A stretch of 64,000 nucleotides of DNA, taken from the NCBI GenBank assembly GCA_010093705.1, contig MU006097.1, positions 383,905 to 447,904 of the forward strand, written 5' to 3'. Of this stretch, positions 47,550-60,303 are shown one piece after another. Each line of letters starts with the position of its first letter. The first letter of the stretch is position 1. The notes beneath the pieces were generated by a model. That model saw only the letters and a program-made list of their open reading frames with translations, made no database searches and was not told the DNA's origin. This stretch comes from Patellaria atrata CBS 101060 (Eukaryota). The translations under genes were made by a program, and so were the position numbers.

Positions 47550-48851
47550 ATGCTGGGGTTTATGGATTATGTGCAACAAGCATTCTACGAAGCATCGCAC
47601 TGGAATCATGACAACAGCTATGGCGCTCTTACTGCGACAGCGAAAGGTACATAAAGCTCGAACTTTCAGTGTGAACGCTCTATTGATTTGTTCTAGCTCT
47701 CCTTGACTTCGAGACACCGCCTGGTCTTCGGTTGAACCTCTCTTCTCTCTCATCTCCTAATTTTGCTACGTCATATACTGTCGGAAGTGTCGGCGTAGTC
47801 GATGGATCATTATCCTACCTTTACTCTTCGCTCCCCTTGAAAACGGAATCAAAGAGCAGCGACATTGACTTATATCATGTTATACGGGGCTACCGTCATG
47901 CGCAAGACCTGCGCAGACCAGATGAACCTTGGTGGTGGGAAATATGGCACGAGGGAAAGCGTATAGACAGGCGAGGTACACTATTTAAGCAACTCTAATA
48001 GGTTACAATCACGATGTTGACCATGTACAGATACACTGCTATACGGGCGTCTCTTCTTACCGCGGTCAAGTCTCGAGGCTCTGTATCTCCGACGCATCTC
48101 TCCAACGAGACAACTCAAAGTGTCATGCGTGAGCGACTCTTCGCTCGTTAACGGTGGAACCATTCTTGCGCTACTGCAAAATGATTATGGCAAGTATAGT
48201 ACGGAATATTTATATAGTACCGATAGTGCTCTTTTTGGGTTCCGTGGACTATATAATTTTGGTCTCGATCCCCGTAAAGCTGCGAAACTTTCAACATCCT
48301 CAACCGCTGCCGAAAATATAGCGATAGAGCCAACATATGGGCGGTTCAGCGCTGGCGCTGAATTGTACTATGGTATACTCAATAAAAGCGGAGGAATGAG
48401 TACTGGGATAAGATTCACCACGCTCCCGCAACATACGGGCTTTCCGTACACCATGACTTTAACTGTAAATCCATTGATGGGCAATCTCTCAACATCCTAT
48501 GCTGTTAAAGCAGGCCGAAGTCTCGCTCTTTGCTCACGTTTCGACTTCAATGTCTACTCTTACGAGTCGGACCTTCAGATGGGATTGGAACTGTGGAGAC
48601 GACAACAACCTACTGGGACAGTAGATTGGGCTGCAAAAATGATCAGAGCAGATTGGAAGAAGCCATCTTTGCGTGCTGACGAAGACATAAGTGGAGTTTT
48701 GAAGGCAAGGGTCGATCAGAACTGGAACATCGGAATCCTGTGGGAAGGAAGAATAAAAGAACTGTTGTTCACGTTGGGAGCTAGTTTTGATTTGAGAAAA
48801 AGAGATAAAATTGTAAAAGGTGTAGGAGTCGAACTGCAATATTCGTCATGA
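47550..48851 (+). CDS. MDM10: Mitochondrial distribution and morphology protein Mdm10 (ERMES/SAM beta-barrel)
   Basis: [24 protein letters not shown]. Introns 47647-47696 and 47976-48030. Motifs [33 protein letters not shown] terminus. Confidence 0.94.
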
Positions 48852-49169
48852 GCTTAAACGTAGAATGCATTATAACATTATCAAGGCCGTAACTGTGCAT
48901 ACAAGTTCAGTACTTTTGAATAGGCAATCCATCTTGCAGAGTTGAAATTTTTGTCATGATCACAGTAGTCAATTCGATGGAGTATCTATTAAAACAGGAG
49001 TCGACAGCTATTTCAAAAAGTTTCTTCGATGCTTGTGGTTCACCAGTTCTCATAGAGAAGCTTGATATCCTTACCTTCCACTTCGTGCACAGTTCTATAC
49101 AAGCTTTGAATTTATCCCGTATACTCACGAGAATACAGCTTGTGGTTTGATAATGGACCTACATATACC

Positions 49170-49580
49170 TAAACACCATTATATTCTCGGACATCTGAGG
49201 CAGTGCATGATTGCGTTCAACGACCGTCCAAATAGGTTTTGAGTTGACGTCTAGCGTGGACGCTGCGAATGGTAGGACGATTCTCGTCATTTAGGAAGAG
49301 GTATAATAAGGGGGAGTGAACTTGTGGTTCCACATAGATCCCAGTACACTCGGTCAAACGTACCTATTCCGCATCATATTAGCATATTGTTGTAAACGCA
49401 AACGAAAGTAAATTATTCTAAACACTTTAGTAGTATCAGACATCCAAGGAAGTATATTTGCGCTCAACGACCGTCTAAGATAGGTTCTAAGTCGACGGCT
49501 AGCGAGGAAACTGCGAATGAAGGAAATGTTTCATCATTTAAAAGATCTGAGTGAGACTAATTGAAGAATTTGCGGCTAAC
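49170..49580. repeat. Diverged direct duplication, period about 248 bp
   Basis: 49211 ttgcgttcaacgaccgtccaaataggttttgagttgacgtctagcgtggacgctgcgaatgg vs 49458 ttgcgctcaacgaccgtctaagataggttctaagtcgacggctagcgaggaaactgcgaatga. Flanks (taaacac..gacatc..agg) also align. Confidence 0.8.
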
Positions 49581-51764
49581 CTTGATTTTGATTCCAGACG
49601 TGGGTTGGAGTATTGATCGTGAAGTAAGTGAAAGATTATAAATTCCTAGCGCGTTAGAGTCCATAAAGGACTGAAAGATAGATGCCATTAGGGCCAAAAG
49701 GTAGGAGTATAAACCGCCAATAGATGGTGAATCGAGAACCGCGGGCGTGAGGGAATCAATCAGGAGGGTACATATCCTGCACTCGACAGTGATGTCGAGT
49801 ACGAGATAGCACGTAAGGCTTGATATGTCTGAATGCAGTCATACGCGGGTAGAGCTTCTCTTTGCATGTTGCGATGATACAACCTTGACTTTGATGCATC
49901 ATGGATGTTGTTGAAAGAAAATTATTTTTGGGCTTTGCTTGGCCTTTAAAAAGGTTGGCGGAAATTCGGAATATCCATGGGAAAATTCGGGCCGGGAGTG
50001 CACGGGCTTGTTTTACCTTAAACAGAAGCGTCGCACTAAGCTGCATTAGCACGTCCACCAGATGTGCCTTTTATGCAAGGTACCGTGCGGAACGGTACTG
50101 TAGAGCTACACAGCTACACCACCAACTGCGTGGTTTGTCCTAATGGTTTGTATGGCGACTGTATTCACACATACCCTCTAATAGAAGGGTGCGTAGTACA
50201 GTACTCCGTGTGCTTCCATCATTGAAGTAAGGTCAGCAAACTAACATATGAGATAAAGGACGTGCCCTAGTTCTGACCAGGGGCCCGCCACTACGCCGGT
50301 AGAATAACAATCCGTTTCTGAGTGAAGCTTAGGATTCCGAATTCTCCTTTTATATCAAGAGAGACGCCTCTTAGGAATCAAGGTGTGACCCTATGACATA
50401 AGAGCGTCCGGTTGGCAGTTGGTCCGAAGCTATTTACAGTACAGTACATACAGGACTATAAATTCATCCTCCGGATGACTTGTCTGCAAAATGATTGCCA
50501 GGAGCAAAGACACGACATTCAAAAATGCCGAGTTCGGCGAAAGTAAAAGGACAGAAGAGGAGACAGCGGCCTTGTGCCCAGTCAGCGGTGCAACAGAAAC
50601 TGTACAGAGTATCCGGAGCCAATGAGAATGCCTACTGAGCAACAACATGCCCCTGCTTTGAAAAGAACGTCTCGAAGGCTGCGGGGATTCCTGGATCTTA
50701 ACAGCTCTGTTGGCAGGGGCTCAATCGCTTCGTGGGTAGAGCACGGATGGCGCGATGACAATGCCTTGGTTTCGTTCCCACAAAGAGGACTTCTGTGGAG
50801 ACCGTTTTCTGCGTTTGTTCATCCGTTAGGTTCTGACGAGAGTCGTATTGTAATGATTATAGAGGCAAATGTGTTGTACTGTGCTTCTCTCCAACTGTGA
50901 ACCTCCAACATGTGGTCAAGGAGAGGTCAGAGCAGTGACTGATGGCGCGATAATAATCGGTTCGATCGGGGCTTTTGATGGGAATCAATCGATATGGGAA
51001 CGGGAAGGGCGCTGGATGAACGACGGCGTGAATTTTGTACTGTAGAGGCGGACACGGCCGGGCCCTTGTCAGGTGCTGCAACGGCTTGAAGCCTTGAAGT
51101 TCGTGAAGCGCAGACCTCCAAAGACGGCGCTTACCCACAAACGGCAGATGCCAAGGCTGCTCCTTGTGCTTTCGAAGCGCTCTCCTTTATCCTTCCTTTC
51201 CCACACGAAAGGGCACCACCCTCTCTTTCACCACCTCGTCGCCCTACCCCATCATCCCAATTGTCCGGATTTTGCTGGTCTTCTCTCACAAAGTCGACGA
51301 CGCATCATCCATCACGTTCCTTTCTTTGACTTATTTGTTCAGCTTTCTTGGAACGACTATCACTCCTTTGGTCTTCCAATACCATTCATTTTTGGCCCAC
51401 GCCAGTCCCTTCCTTTGAAATCCCTCCACTGTCCTTTCAGTCTGTCTTTTCCGACTTCAAGAATCGCAAACCGGTCGATCAACTCCTTTGCCGTCAACTA
51501 CGTTGTCACTTATCACTTCAATTGCACGCTTGGCCGCTGCATCATTACCTGTCCAAGAGACTCGCTCCTTGTGAACCGTTACCATAACAGGCTGCTCACT
51601 ACGAGCCTTCCATTCATTCAGTCCGTCTGCTGCCAATTGACATCCAATTGTTACGACTTGACGACAATTCTCTCCAGGAGGTTATATCCTCACTGAACTT
51701 CATTCCCTCCAAGTGGTCTTTACTGTTACCACTAAATAGTCATATATAGATCCCTCCTCTCAGC

Positions 51765-53629
51765 ATGCAGGCTGTTAAAACCGAGGAGATGCCACATCAA
51801 ATGTCGGCCACACCTTCGCCCACGGCCTCGGCGTCTACAAACCCAAGCTCCGCTGGATCGCGCAGGCCACCGAGGAAGAGTACGCTCACTCAGCAGCAAA
51901 AAAATCAAAAGCGTCAACGAGCGACCACGGACCAACTGTTGACGCTTGAAGTAGAATTTAACAAGAACCCTACACCTACAGCTCTTGTTAGGGAACGAAT
52001 AGCACAGGAGATCAACATGACCGAGCGGTCTGTGCAGATTTGGTTTCAAAATAGGTAGGTTGATGCATAATAGCGGCTAACTCAAAAGTATCTCCCTTTT
52101 TGCTAATTACAAACGTAGGCGAGCAAAGATAAAGAACATTGCGAAGAAGAGTATTGAAAATGGCGATGAAATAGATGGTATTCCCGAGTCAATGCGTCGC
52201 TATCTCGCTTTGCAGGCCATGGAATCTGGAAAACCTCTAGGGGGGAGCTTTGGACGTAATGTCGCCGCTTACGGTAGCGGTATGCTACTTAATACAGAAA
52301 ATAGCTCGAGCAAAGTTGGTGGGTAACCATCTCTTCCATTAGATAATTCTTCCCAACTGACATATCATAGTCATCCATCACTTCTCTTGTAGGTCCCTTA
52401 GTATCGGCTCGTGGCGCCGTGTCGGTCAGAGTGCGATGGATCTGGTTATCTTCTACTCTCCCGACAAGTGCTGTGTTACATATTACATCAACAATGACTC
52501 CGCAGGCTACAAGATCGAATATCCTTTCTCTTATATCAAAACAATCTCCTTAGAAAACGGGGATCCTCAAGCGAGTGCTGAAGGTGCATCACAACGACCT
52601 GGTGGGTTGATAGTCGAGCTCAACCGACCGCCAATGTTCCATATGGATTCTTCGGGTTCTGGAGGCTTCTTCCAATGTGGGGATTTTACGGAAGATCAAC
52701 AAGCGTCACAAGTCCTAGTTCATCATCTTGGAGGTCATCCAAAAGTCCTGAGCGGTCAACTCGCTAAACTTGTCTCTTTGGAGTCGTTCCAAAACAGACA
52801 CAACATTTTCGACCCTAACGCGCTCGTCGTTTCGGCACCTGTTTCGCCTGTCCACCACAGACCAGCGTCACAACCTAACCACGTCGTACATCCCCACATG
52901 GGTGTGTTTCAAGACAACACTTTTGGGCCTAGTTTGCATCCTGGCAGAGGTCACAAACGTCAGAGGAGTCGCTCGGTACCTGTTGCCGTCGATTTTTCGA
53001 TGCTTCGACAACCAATGCCATCTTTCCTGATTCAGCAAGAACCGTCGCCTTATATTCCTAACCCAGAGATATTCGCCCCGGTACCTCAGCATCATAACAA
53101 TGGTGTCGCTGGCCCTATCGGGCCTAATTTAAGTATCGACACATCAGCTGGGTATGGTATGGACTTCCGCCAATATCCCATGTCAGCTACCACTGCGAAC
53201 TCACCCTCCGAGTTTGGCACTCCTGCTTTCTTTACATCGGCGCCTCAAAATGATGCTATGACGGCGGCCAGCTTCAATACCCCCTATAGCCTGCCGTTTT
53301 TGTCGCCAATGATCGATTCATCTAATACCATTCCACCATCCATCTCGCCGTTGTCTAACATGAGCCATACCGACCCGATAATTGCTAACCAGTCCCCGCC
53401 CTTGACTTCTGTTAGTCGTTCCGACTCGATTGATCTATACAACGGTGCACATGATGGTCAATTCACGGATGAAGCACTCTCACTAAGCGATATATATGGA
53501 AAACAGCCGATGACACTACCTTTCCGATCTCCGTTAGAGGATAATTTGGATGATTTCGACATGCAAAATCTTGTCTCGTTCAATGCGATAGACTCCTCGA
53601 GTCTATCGCCTGAAAATCATCACATATAA
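51765..53629 (+). CDS. Homeodomain transcription factor, Pah1/KAL-1/Hoy1/Pho2-like
   Basis: Introns 52055-52118 and 52319-52370. [43 protein letters not shown], then the conserved [23 protein letters not shown] domain. Confidence 0.92.
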
Positions 53630-55179
53630 ACATGGAAGGAACTATTCGCAGGCTATCAGTTTCCACGTCTTGCAATTTGTGCCCTCTTAGCAAGTCTTGA
53701 TCAATCATCATAGAGGAGCTTTATTACCATACCCGCAGAGTTTGCAGTTATTCCCCACGCGCGACTCTTCTTATCTCCGCATAGATATTTCTTGTCCCCT
53801 CTAACCGCATACATCTACGTTACTATTTTGTGGACAATATGTCAAACCCGGGTGGAATTAATACATTCCGAGATCCCGTTTTCTAACGCCAAATTGAACG
53901 ACTTTCTCCAGGGTTGGTTGTGGCGTTTTATTGGGTATCATTTGGAAAGCGAAGGTACAAGACCGGGTTTTTTTTATACCTTACATATCCTGCTCCGGGC
54001 TGGTTGATCCCCGTTGCAAAGATCGTGAGACTTTATTTCCTTCTTCTGCAACCTGTGTGCAATTCACTTTTTCCTATTTGGATTTATCTCTTTCCGTGGG
54101 TTTTCAGGGCATTTTCCTTTTCAGTGTCTCCATTTGTTGCGTTTGAGAGCCTATTTCCTTTGTGAAATCTTATGAGGGAGCAGTTAGGGCTGTATGAAGA
54201 ATCTCTGGTTGGAGTGGTGGACGTAGAGTTGTGTCAGAGGGGGATGTGCCTATAAAAGGCGAATATACCACAGGTGTTGTAGCATCAAGATAGAGTGGGC
54301 GAGCCGGAGAGAGAGGGGACGACCGGGGATGTCAAGTTGAAAAGTGTAGAGAGATAATAACGCGCTGTGCGTGTAAATCTAACTTTACCTATATCCCACG
54401 GTATCTTGAAGACTAAGGTGAACACGCTGACGATACTAATCCATGCTTTACAAATATTCACACCATTCCGAATTAGTACATACCGGCTTCGGGAAACCGA
54501 GTACGAAAAATGCAAATGCCGACGATCTAGGTGTCATGTCACTAACACAGCAAAACAGTCTTGCCGATGATCCGTCTTGAACAATCACGAGTTCATATGT
54601 GCATACTATCATCAGCACGATCTAAGAAATCCGATGCAAATCCGACCGGTACGGATGATGATTGAGCCATATCAACACCACCGTTCCATCAGCTAAAAAC
54701 GAGGACGCCTCTCCACATTATCGTCTTTCCAGCCTCATCTCCACAACGGTCACTCGAAATAGAACGATGTTGCAGTCAAGGTTCTACGCAAGGAAGCTCG
54801 CATCCCGGTCCATCTTGATGTTATTGCGTGATCTCAAGATCCGTAGCTCGTTTCCTGAAACGGTCATGAGAGCTTCATTTAAACAGCTACGGAAACACAC
54901 CCTTTAGCCCAGTTATTTTTGAAGGGTATTTGGGATGTCATGGGGCTGTGGACACCGTATGCACGGGTCGATACTACCGTAGCTCGCGATAGGAAAGGAT
55001 TTGAAATTCGTAGACAACAAGAGTTCTAAGAGTATATGTGTTTGTATCGTAGATATAAAAGACAGTAGGTTTTTAATTCTGCTATATTCTCAACCATATC
55101 AAAAGTCAGAATCAACAATCCTAACTCATACAACCCATAATCACATCTCATCAGACAAGCACCTTTTGACACAATCAAA

Positions 55180-55746
55180 ATGCTCCTCCAAACCCTCCTC
55201 AGCACCACTTTCCTCCTGACCCTTACCGCCGCCGCACCCTCCCTCGGGGCCCGCGGTTGCTCCATCGGGTTCCCCAGCACAATCATCTCACTGGACCAGA
55301 AGGCGCCCACCACCGCCTCCGGCAAGACGCTCAAGATCCGCGCCCTCCAATCCGCCGGCGGCACCGGCCGGGAAGCCATGGAGTTCCAATTCACCAACAT
55401 CCCAGCGAACAGCTACGGATGCCAGCTCGAGCTGAATTTTCCAGCGGGGACCAGCATCACGAACCAAGGGTCCAGCCAGATCGACACGTACGTGCTCGAT
55501 CGGGATATCAGCGTCGCGGATACGTGGAACCGGGCGCCAGGGAAGAGCTATCTGTTCGGCACGACGAACGTGTATAGCGATCCCGGCATGCCGACCACTG
55601 TCGTTGTGAATAGTGTGCAGTGCAAGCCGACGCTTAATTTTAGGGTTGAGATTGCGTCGCAGACTCAGGCGGGTGTTATGGCGTTTGCGCAGCAGAATCC
55701 GCCTAGTACGCAGCCGGTAGGGTTTAGGTTGACGCATAATTGCTAG
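55180..55746 (+). CDS. Small secreted 4-Cys protein, But2 C-terminal-like
   Basis: Signal peptide MLLQTLLSTTFLLTLTAA; FTNIPANSYGCQLELNFP; VVVNSVQCKPTLNFRVEI. Confidence 0.75.
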   Translation: MLLQTLLSTTFLLTLTAAAPSLGARGCSIGFPSTIISLDQKAPTTASGKTLKIRALQSAGGTGREAMEFQFTNIPANSYGCQLELNFPAGTSITNQGSSQIDTYVLDRDISVADTWNRAPGKSYLFGTTNVYSDPGMPTTVVVNSVQCKPTLNFRVEIASQTQAGVMAFAQQNPPSTQPVGFRLTHNC

Positions 55747-56803
55747 AGAGTTAAGGGAAAGGAGGGATGGAGGATAAGAGGCTGGGGGTTAGGGGTGTGT
55801 TGGGTAATGGAGACATTTGTAATATAGCTTTTTTGTGTTTCACATTCCTTTAGCGTGCATTTTATGGTTTTTTGATCGATCTTTGGGATACAGTATATAA
55901 GTTATAAATGAAAAGGTAGCTAATGTACTTCTCGGAAGGTCTTACTATCTATCGAAACATTGGCGGTTGATATGTTGACAGGAAATTGACGTAGAAGGAT
56001 CTGAGCACGTTCTCTTCCCTCCTACTAATGCTGTTTATTTCCTATACTGGCCCTGATAAAAAATCTTTGACTTGGTTGTATACAATGGCTAGATGGTTGA
56101 AAAGCGACGATAGTGGGAAATGACCTAAATTCCACGAGATACAGAGACAGACAGTATAAAATTACTTTACTGTACAAAATAGCCGAATTGTAACAAATAG
56201 ACTGGACTGTACGGAACAACTGAAAGGTACAGACTATAGGATGCTTTTCGGTACAAAATGGCTGAACTGAGCGAAAATACTTCTCTCCATCTTATAATAA
56301 TACGAGCACATCCTCTCCTGATCTTCTGGATTGTCCAAAGTTGTACAGTACAGTACATCATATGGATGTTGAACCTCAACATGGGTTGTACACTGACTCC
56401 AATGAATGGTCTTCTTCTTCAGAACGTTCTCGACTGAAAGCTGTTGTCTCTCACGTGTCTCTTTCGTTTTGTCGATGCATGAAGCTATCACGAGTGGTCT
56501 GTGCTACGAATGATGATGTACGGATCGTCCATACCCTCGCTACCCACTTTTTCTGTATCCGTTATTACATATCTGGTCGTTATATCTGCTCTGCTTTTGA
56601 CTGATGCGTCTACCAGTATGGAAGTCGGGTTCAATCTCGATAGCTCCTCTTCGTCTTTTCTGGCACCGATGTCACGTAGATGGGACTCATGCTAACACGA
56701 AAAACAAAGCATATGAATGACAAGTATCATCAGCCTCGGACTTTAGTTTTCATTATTTTGCCACTTCATCAATTCGGATTGTAAGATACTCCGTATCTTC
56801 GCT

Positions 56804-57613
56804 ATGTCACAGCCACCGTCCTATGACTATGAGCTGGAGGGTTCAACCGATCATACCAATCATATTGATGAAGAGCTTCCAGATTACGAGCCTGCCAACG
56901 TTCCTGGATATCTTGACCGGCAGGCTTCGAATGCGTCTTCGAGGCCGCTCTTCTCACTGCACCTTCTCCAGCATGATAGCAGACTCCAGCGTCTGGTTTA
57001 CTTTGGTCCTTCCAATGGAGATACTTACAAAGTTGCCTTTCGTGGAAGCATGAACTTATTTTCCCGTAAACCAGATATGAACTTGATTCGAATCTCCACT
57101 GGAAGTGAACAAACGGTCGTCGCCAGCATTAGCTTTGTTAAAGATGGTCCTTTACCGTACTATCCAAGGGCAAAGGTCGTTCGTAAGACTCCAGAGACCG
57201 TGAACGAGGAGACGACACCTATGGAATCAAGAAATTTTGAACATTGGTGCTTTAACATCGACGAGATTACCTATGTCTGGTTCGTTAGCTATGATCCGAT
57301 GTCTCTTATGCTCGCGGATAGAACGGGGACCGTCTCTGTTGCTCAGTTCACATATAGCTCGGTGGGAATTGCAGCAGCTAAAGGTGCTGAGATTGGAGAA
57401 CTCTCAATCCTCGATCCTCAATTTGCATTCAATAGAGACTTAGTAGAACTCGTAATATCGAGTTGCTTAGTTGCCATCAATCACTTCAAAAACCTAGGGA
57501 GACATTATCGGGCTGGAAAATCCCGTGCAGCAAGAGGATCGGAAACAAGGACTGATACACCATCTGTATTATTCACGACTGCTAGGTCAAATAGCCTACA
57601 GACAACAGGATAA
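56804..57613 (+). CDS. Hypothetical protein with N-terminal PY-type motifs
   Basis: 269-aa ORF with PPSY, LPDY and VPGY motifs, then a beta-rich domain ending in a hydrophobic helix (LVELVISSCLVAI). Confidence 0.7.
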   Translation: MSQPPSYDYELEGSTDHTNHIDEELPDYEPANVPGYLDRQASNASSRPLFSLHLLQHDSRLQRLVYFGPSNGDTYKVAFRGSMNLFSRKPDMNLIRISTGSEQTVVASISFVKDGPLPYYPRAKVVRKTPETVNEETTPMESRNFEHWCFNIDEITYVWFVSYDPMSLMLADRTGTVSVAQFTYSSVGIAAAKGAEIGELSILDPQFAFNRDLVELVISSCLVAINHFKNLGRHYRAGKSRAARGSETRTDTPSVLFTTARSNSLQTTG

Positions 57614-57693
57614 TGCGAATTGAACAACTATAGTCTAGCTTTTCATCTCTCCATCGCTACGAGTCAACAACCTGTCAAGCAACTCTCGAGGCC

Positions 57694-58203
57694 TCAACCA
57701 TCAAAATCCACAGACTGTGACGCTTGACCCGCGGCTTCCTCATCCAAAGCAACATTCTTGTTCAACTTGGTCGTCTGCTCTGCCAACTTATCCGCCACAT
57801 CGTCCCCGTTTGCTTGCTTAATCATGAGTTGTAACACTTGGAGCTGCAACTTCAAGACCTTGTTCTTAATCTTCCCGTTCTGAAGCGCTATTCCAGCTTC
57901 ACTGTCCTCTCCTGCAGCTTCAATTGCAGGGTTGAAACCATCCACCTCGGCAGACTCGGCTACCTCGCGGGCCGCGCTCATGATTTCGATATCAGACTCG
58001 GCGACGTTTGCGATGTCGTTCAGGTCGATGGGGAACTGAGCGTTCACTTCCGCGAGTGCGTTACCGGCAACGCCATCGGAGACTTGGAATTGGGAGTATG
58101 GGAGCGTCTGTAGAACACCTCCTTGTCGTTTTGCTTTCAGGATTGGACCGGCAGAGGTGAGGGAGAGTGTCGAGAGGATTGCAATGAAAATTGAGGACCG
58201 CAT
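57694..58203 (-). CDS. Small secreted acidic helical protein with Kex2 site
   Basis: Signal peptide MRSSIFIAILSTLSLTSA, KR processing site, motifs YSQFQVSDGVAGNALAEV and ALQNGKIKNKVLKL. Confidence 0.82.
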   Translation of the reverse strand: MRSSIFIAILSTLSLTSAGPILKAKRQGGVLQTLPYSQFQVSDGVAGNALAEVNAQFPIDLNDIANVAESDIEIMSAAREVAESAEVDGFNPAIEAAGEDSEAGIALQNGKIKNKVLKLQLQVLQLMIKQANGDDVADKLAEQTTKLNKNVALDEEAAGQASQSVDFDG

Positions 58204-60303
58204 TGTGATCGTTTTCCGGTAATTATTTTTGAGAGGTTTCTTAAGGAGTGTATCTTTTTTTCAATGTCGAACGAGATATAAATGCAAAAAGGGATAGTAT
58301 GTACACGAATAGAACGGTAGTCTGAGCCAGTCAAACGAAGAAACGAAAAGCGAATCGCACAGCGATGTTTCCCAAGATTGGCGAACAAAGGGAATTGAAG
58401 AGATGATTCAATTAATGCTGGATATAACTGTTTGCTGAAGGCATATCATTCACCTTTTATATCTGCATGAATGCCCATCGAAGTCGGTTGTCTCGGCCCT
58501 CTCCAAAACTTACCACCTAAGTCAATTTCTCCACACCAAACCTTAAATCAGTAACTGAGTCTATACTCTATCTTATTGGAGCAAAATTCAGGAACGGGTT
58601 TGCTGGAACATGAGGCTCTGGTGTTGCAACCTTAAAATCCTCCTCAGGGGTTTGTTAGTGTGACGTCTCAAGAGCCTCGCTTCGGTGAAACTTGCCTCAC
58701 CACTCAACGTCTATGATAGACCACTGGAGCATTAGCTAATAGATGCTCTGGAAAAGCTCACTGGCGCGGTTACGACTCTATTATGGAAACCTTGTTTTGT
58801 TGTCTGGAAGCTTGTGCTTATTTCAAATTTGAATGTGGGGTGAATGGACGACGAGTCATAGAGAACTCATTGAGCGCGAAGATAAAACGCTTGATCGTCA
58901 ATAACCAGACGTTGCGAGATTCAAGATGAACGCTTAGCGGCTCTGAATGACCTCTCGAGCACGCCTTTATTTCAAGTGACATGAGGGGATTGAGGTGAAA
59001 ATGTAAGGGCTAAGAAAAGTTCTACCCAAGAGTATAAAAGATATTTCATCATGCCTAGATTCCTATTAATTTCGTCTTATATAGGGTTTATTTGGGGAAA
59101 TGATCACGCACAACTAACTATAACTGGCTATTGATAGATAAGAAAATATATAGACTATATCTGGTCTATAACTTACGGAACTAACTCCTGGAATGACAAT
59201 GATTCCAAGTAAGGATATCTAGAATGTTCTGGTTCTCGGTGAGATTCGAGACATATTAAATACGCGGATGAGGACAGGATTTATAGCTCTAAAAAAAAGG
59301 ATAGGGAGAAAGATGTTTTTCTTAACCTACTGTATCAATCCCGCAGCTCATCCTGCTTCCCATCATGAAAGGTACGATACATTCATCTTGACCAGCGATC
59401 ATGAGCTCGTGGTTCCTCTTTAGTGCGGTCGTACTCAATTCTACGACGAGCTTTTAGTACAGCACAAGACATATTTTAAGAGTCCTATAAAACATTTTGT
59501 AAAATTAGTTCCATTAGTATATTTATGCCTTTATTGGCTAGTGATTCGCGTTACCAGCTGTTAGATGGTGGAGCTATCGGGGTGTTGATTCTTGTGGTAA
59601 CCAGGGGTAGTGAGCTAGTCGCTTATACCACCACAATTACGGTATCGTCGTAACCTAGGGTTTCTAAACTAACATAACACTATCTTTTAGTTCTTGTGTT
59701 GGTGCTATTTTCGTTATTTTCTGAGACATAGATTTCATACTGTTCCGTCCGTTTTAGTACACACCTGCAGTATATAACAGCTAGATAGAACCTCTCTTTT
59801 GAGAATCAAGCGACATATTCCATGCACCTGCAGATCCAGTTTATCTAATACCAGCCCAGTCGTGCTATCTTATATAATCACATTCGATTATATCATAGCT
59901 CACTCAAACTCCATCCTATCTCCATATGCTATAAGTATAACAGTTTACTAGAAAATTCTTCCACACCAAGTTCATAATCATTAGTGACGACTTCACACAA
60001 TTACATCGTACGAACCCACCAATTTCCCCGCTTTCATCGTGCCACAATGTCTTCTTTGCCACTAATCAATACCGCTATTTGTCAGCCCTTAACTGTGCCC
60101 CCTGACTGATCTGATATATATCACATGTCTCCTTCTCCCATCAGGTGTGCTGTTAAAGGAACAATTGATGAGTACAATTGTTTGGATAACCTCTTTTTGC
60201 TATACCCCTTGCATCAGGCCCGAGCGTTACAATCTAATAAAGACTTCATACTCAATCAACTTTTCCTACTGATCTCTAGCTTCTCATACCCTACACTAAG
60301 AAA

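Noticed and set aside
56510..56604. ATGATGA...CTGA as a box C/D snoRNA
   Set aside because: No terminal stem or recognisable rRNA guide.
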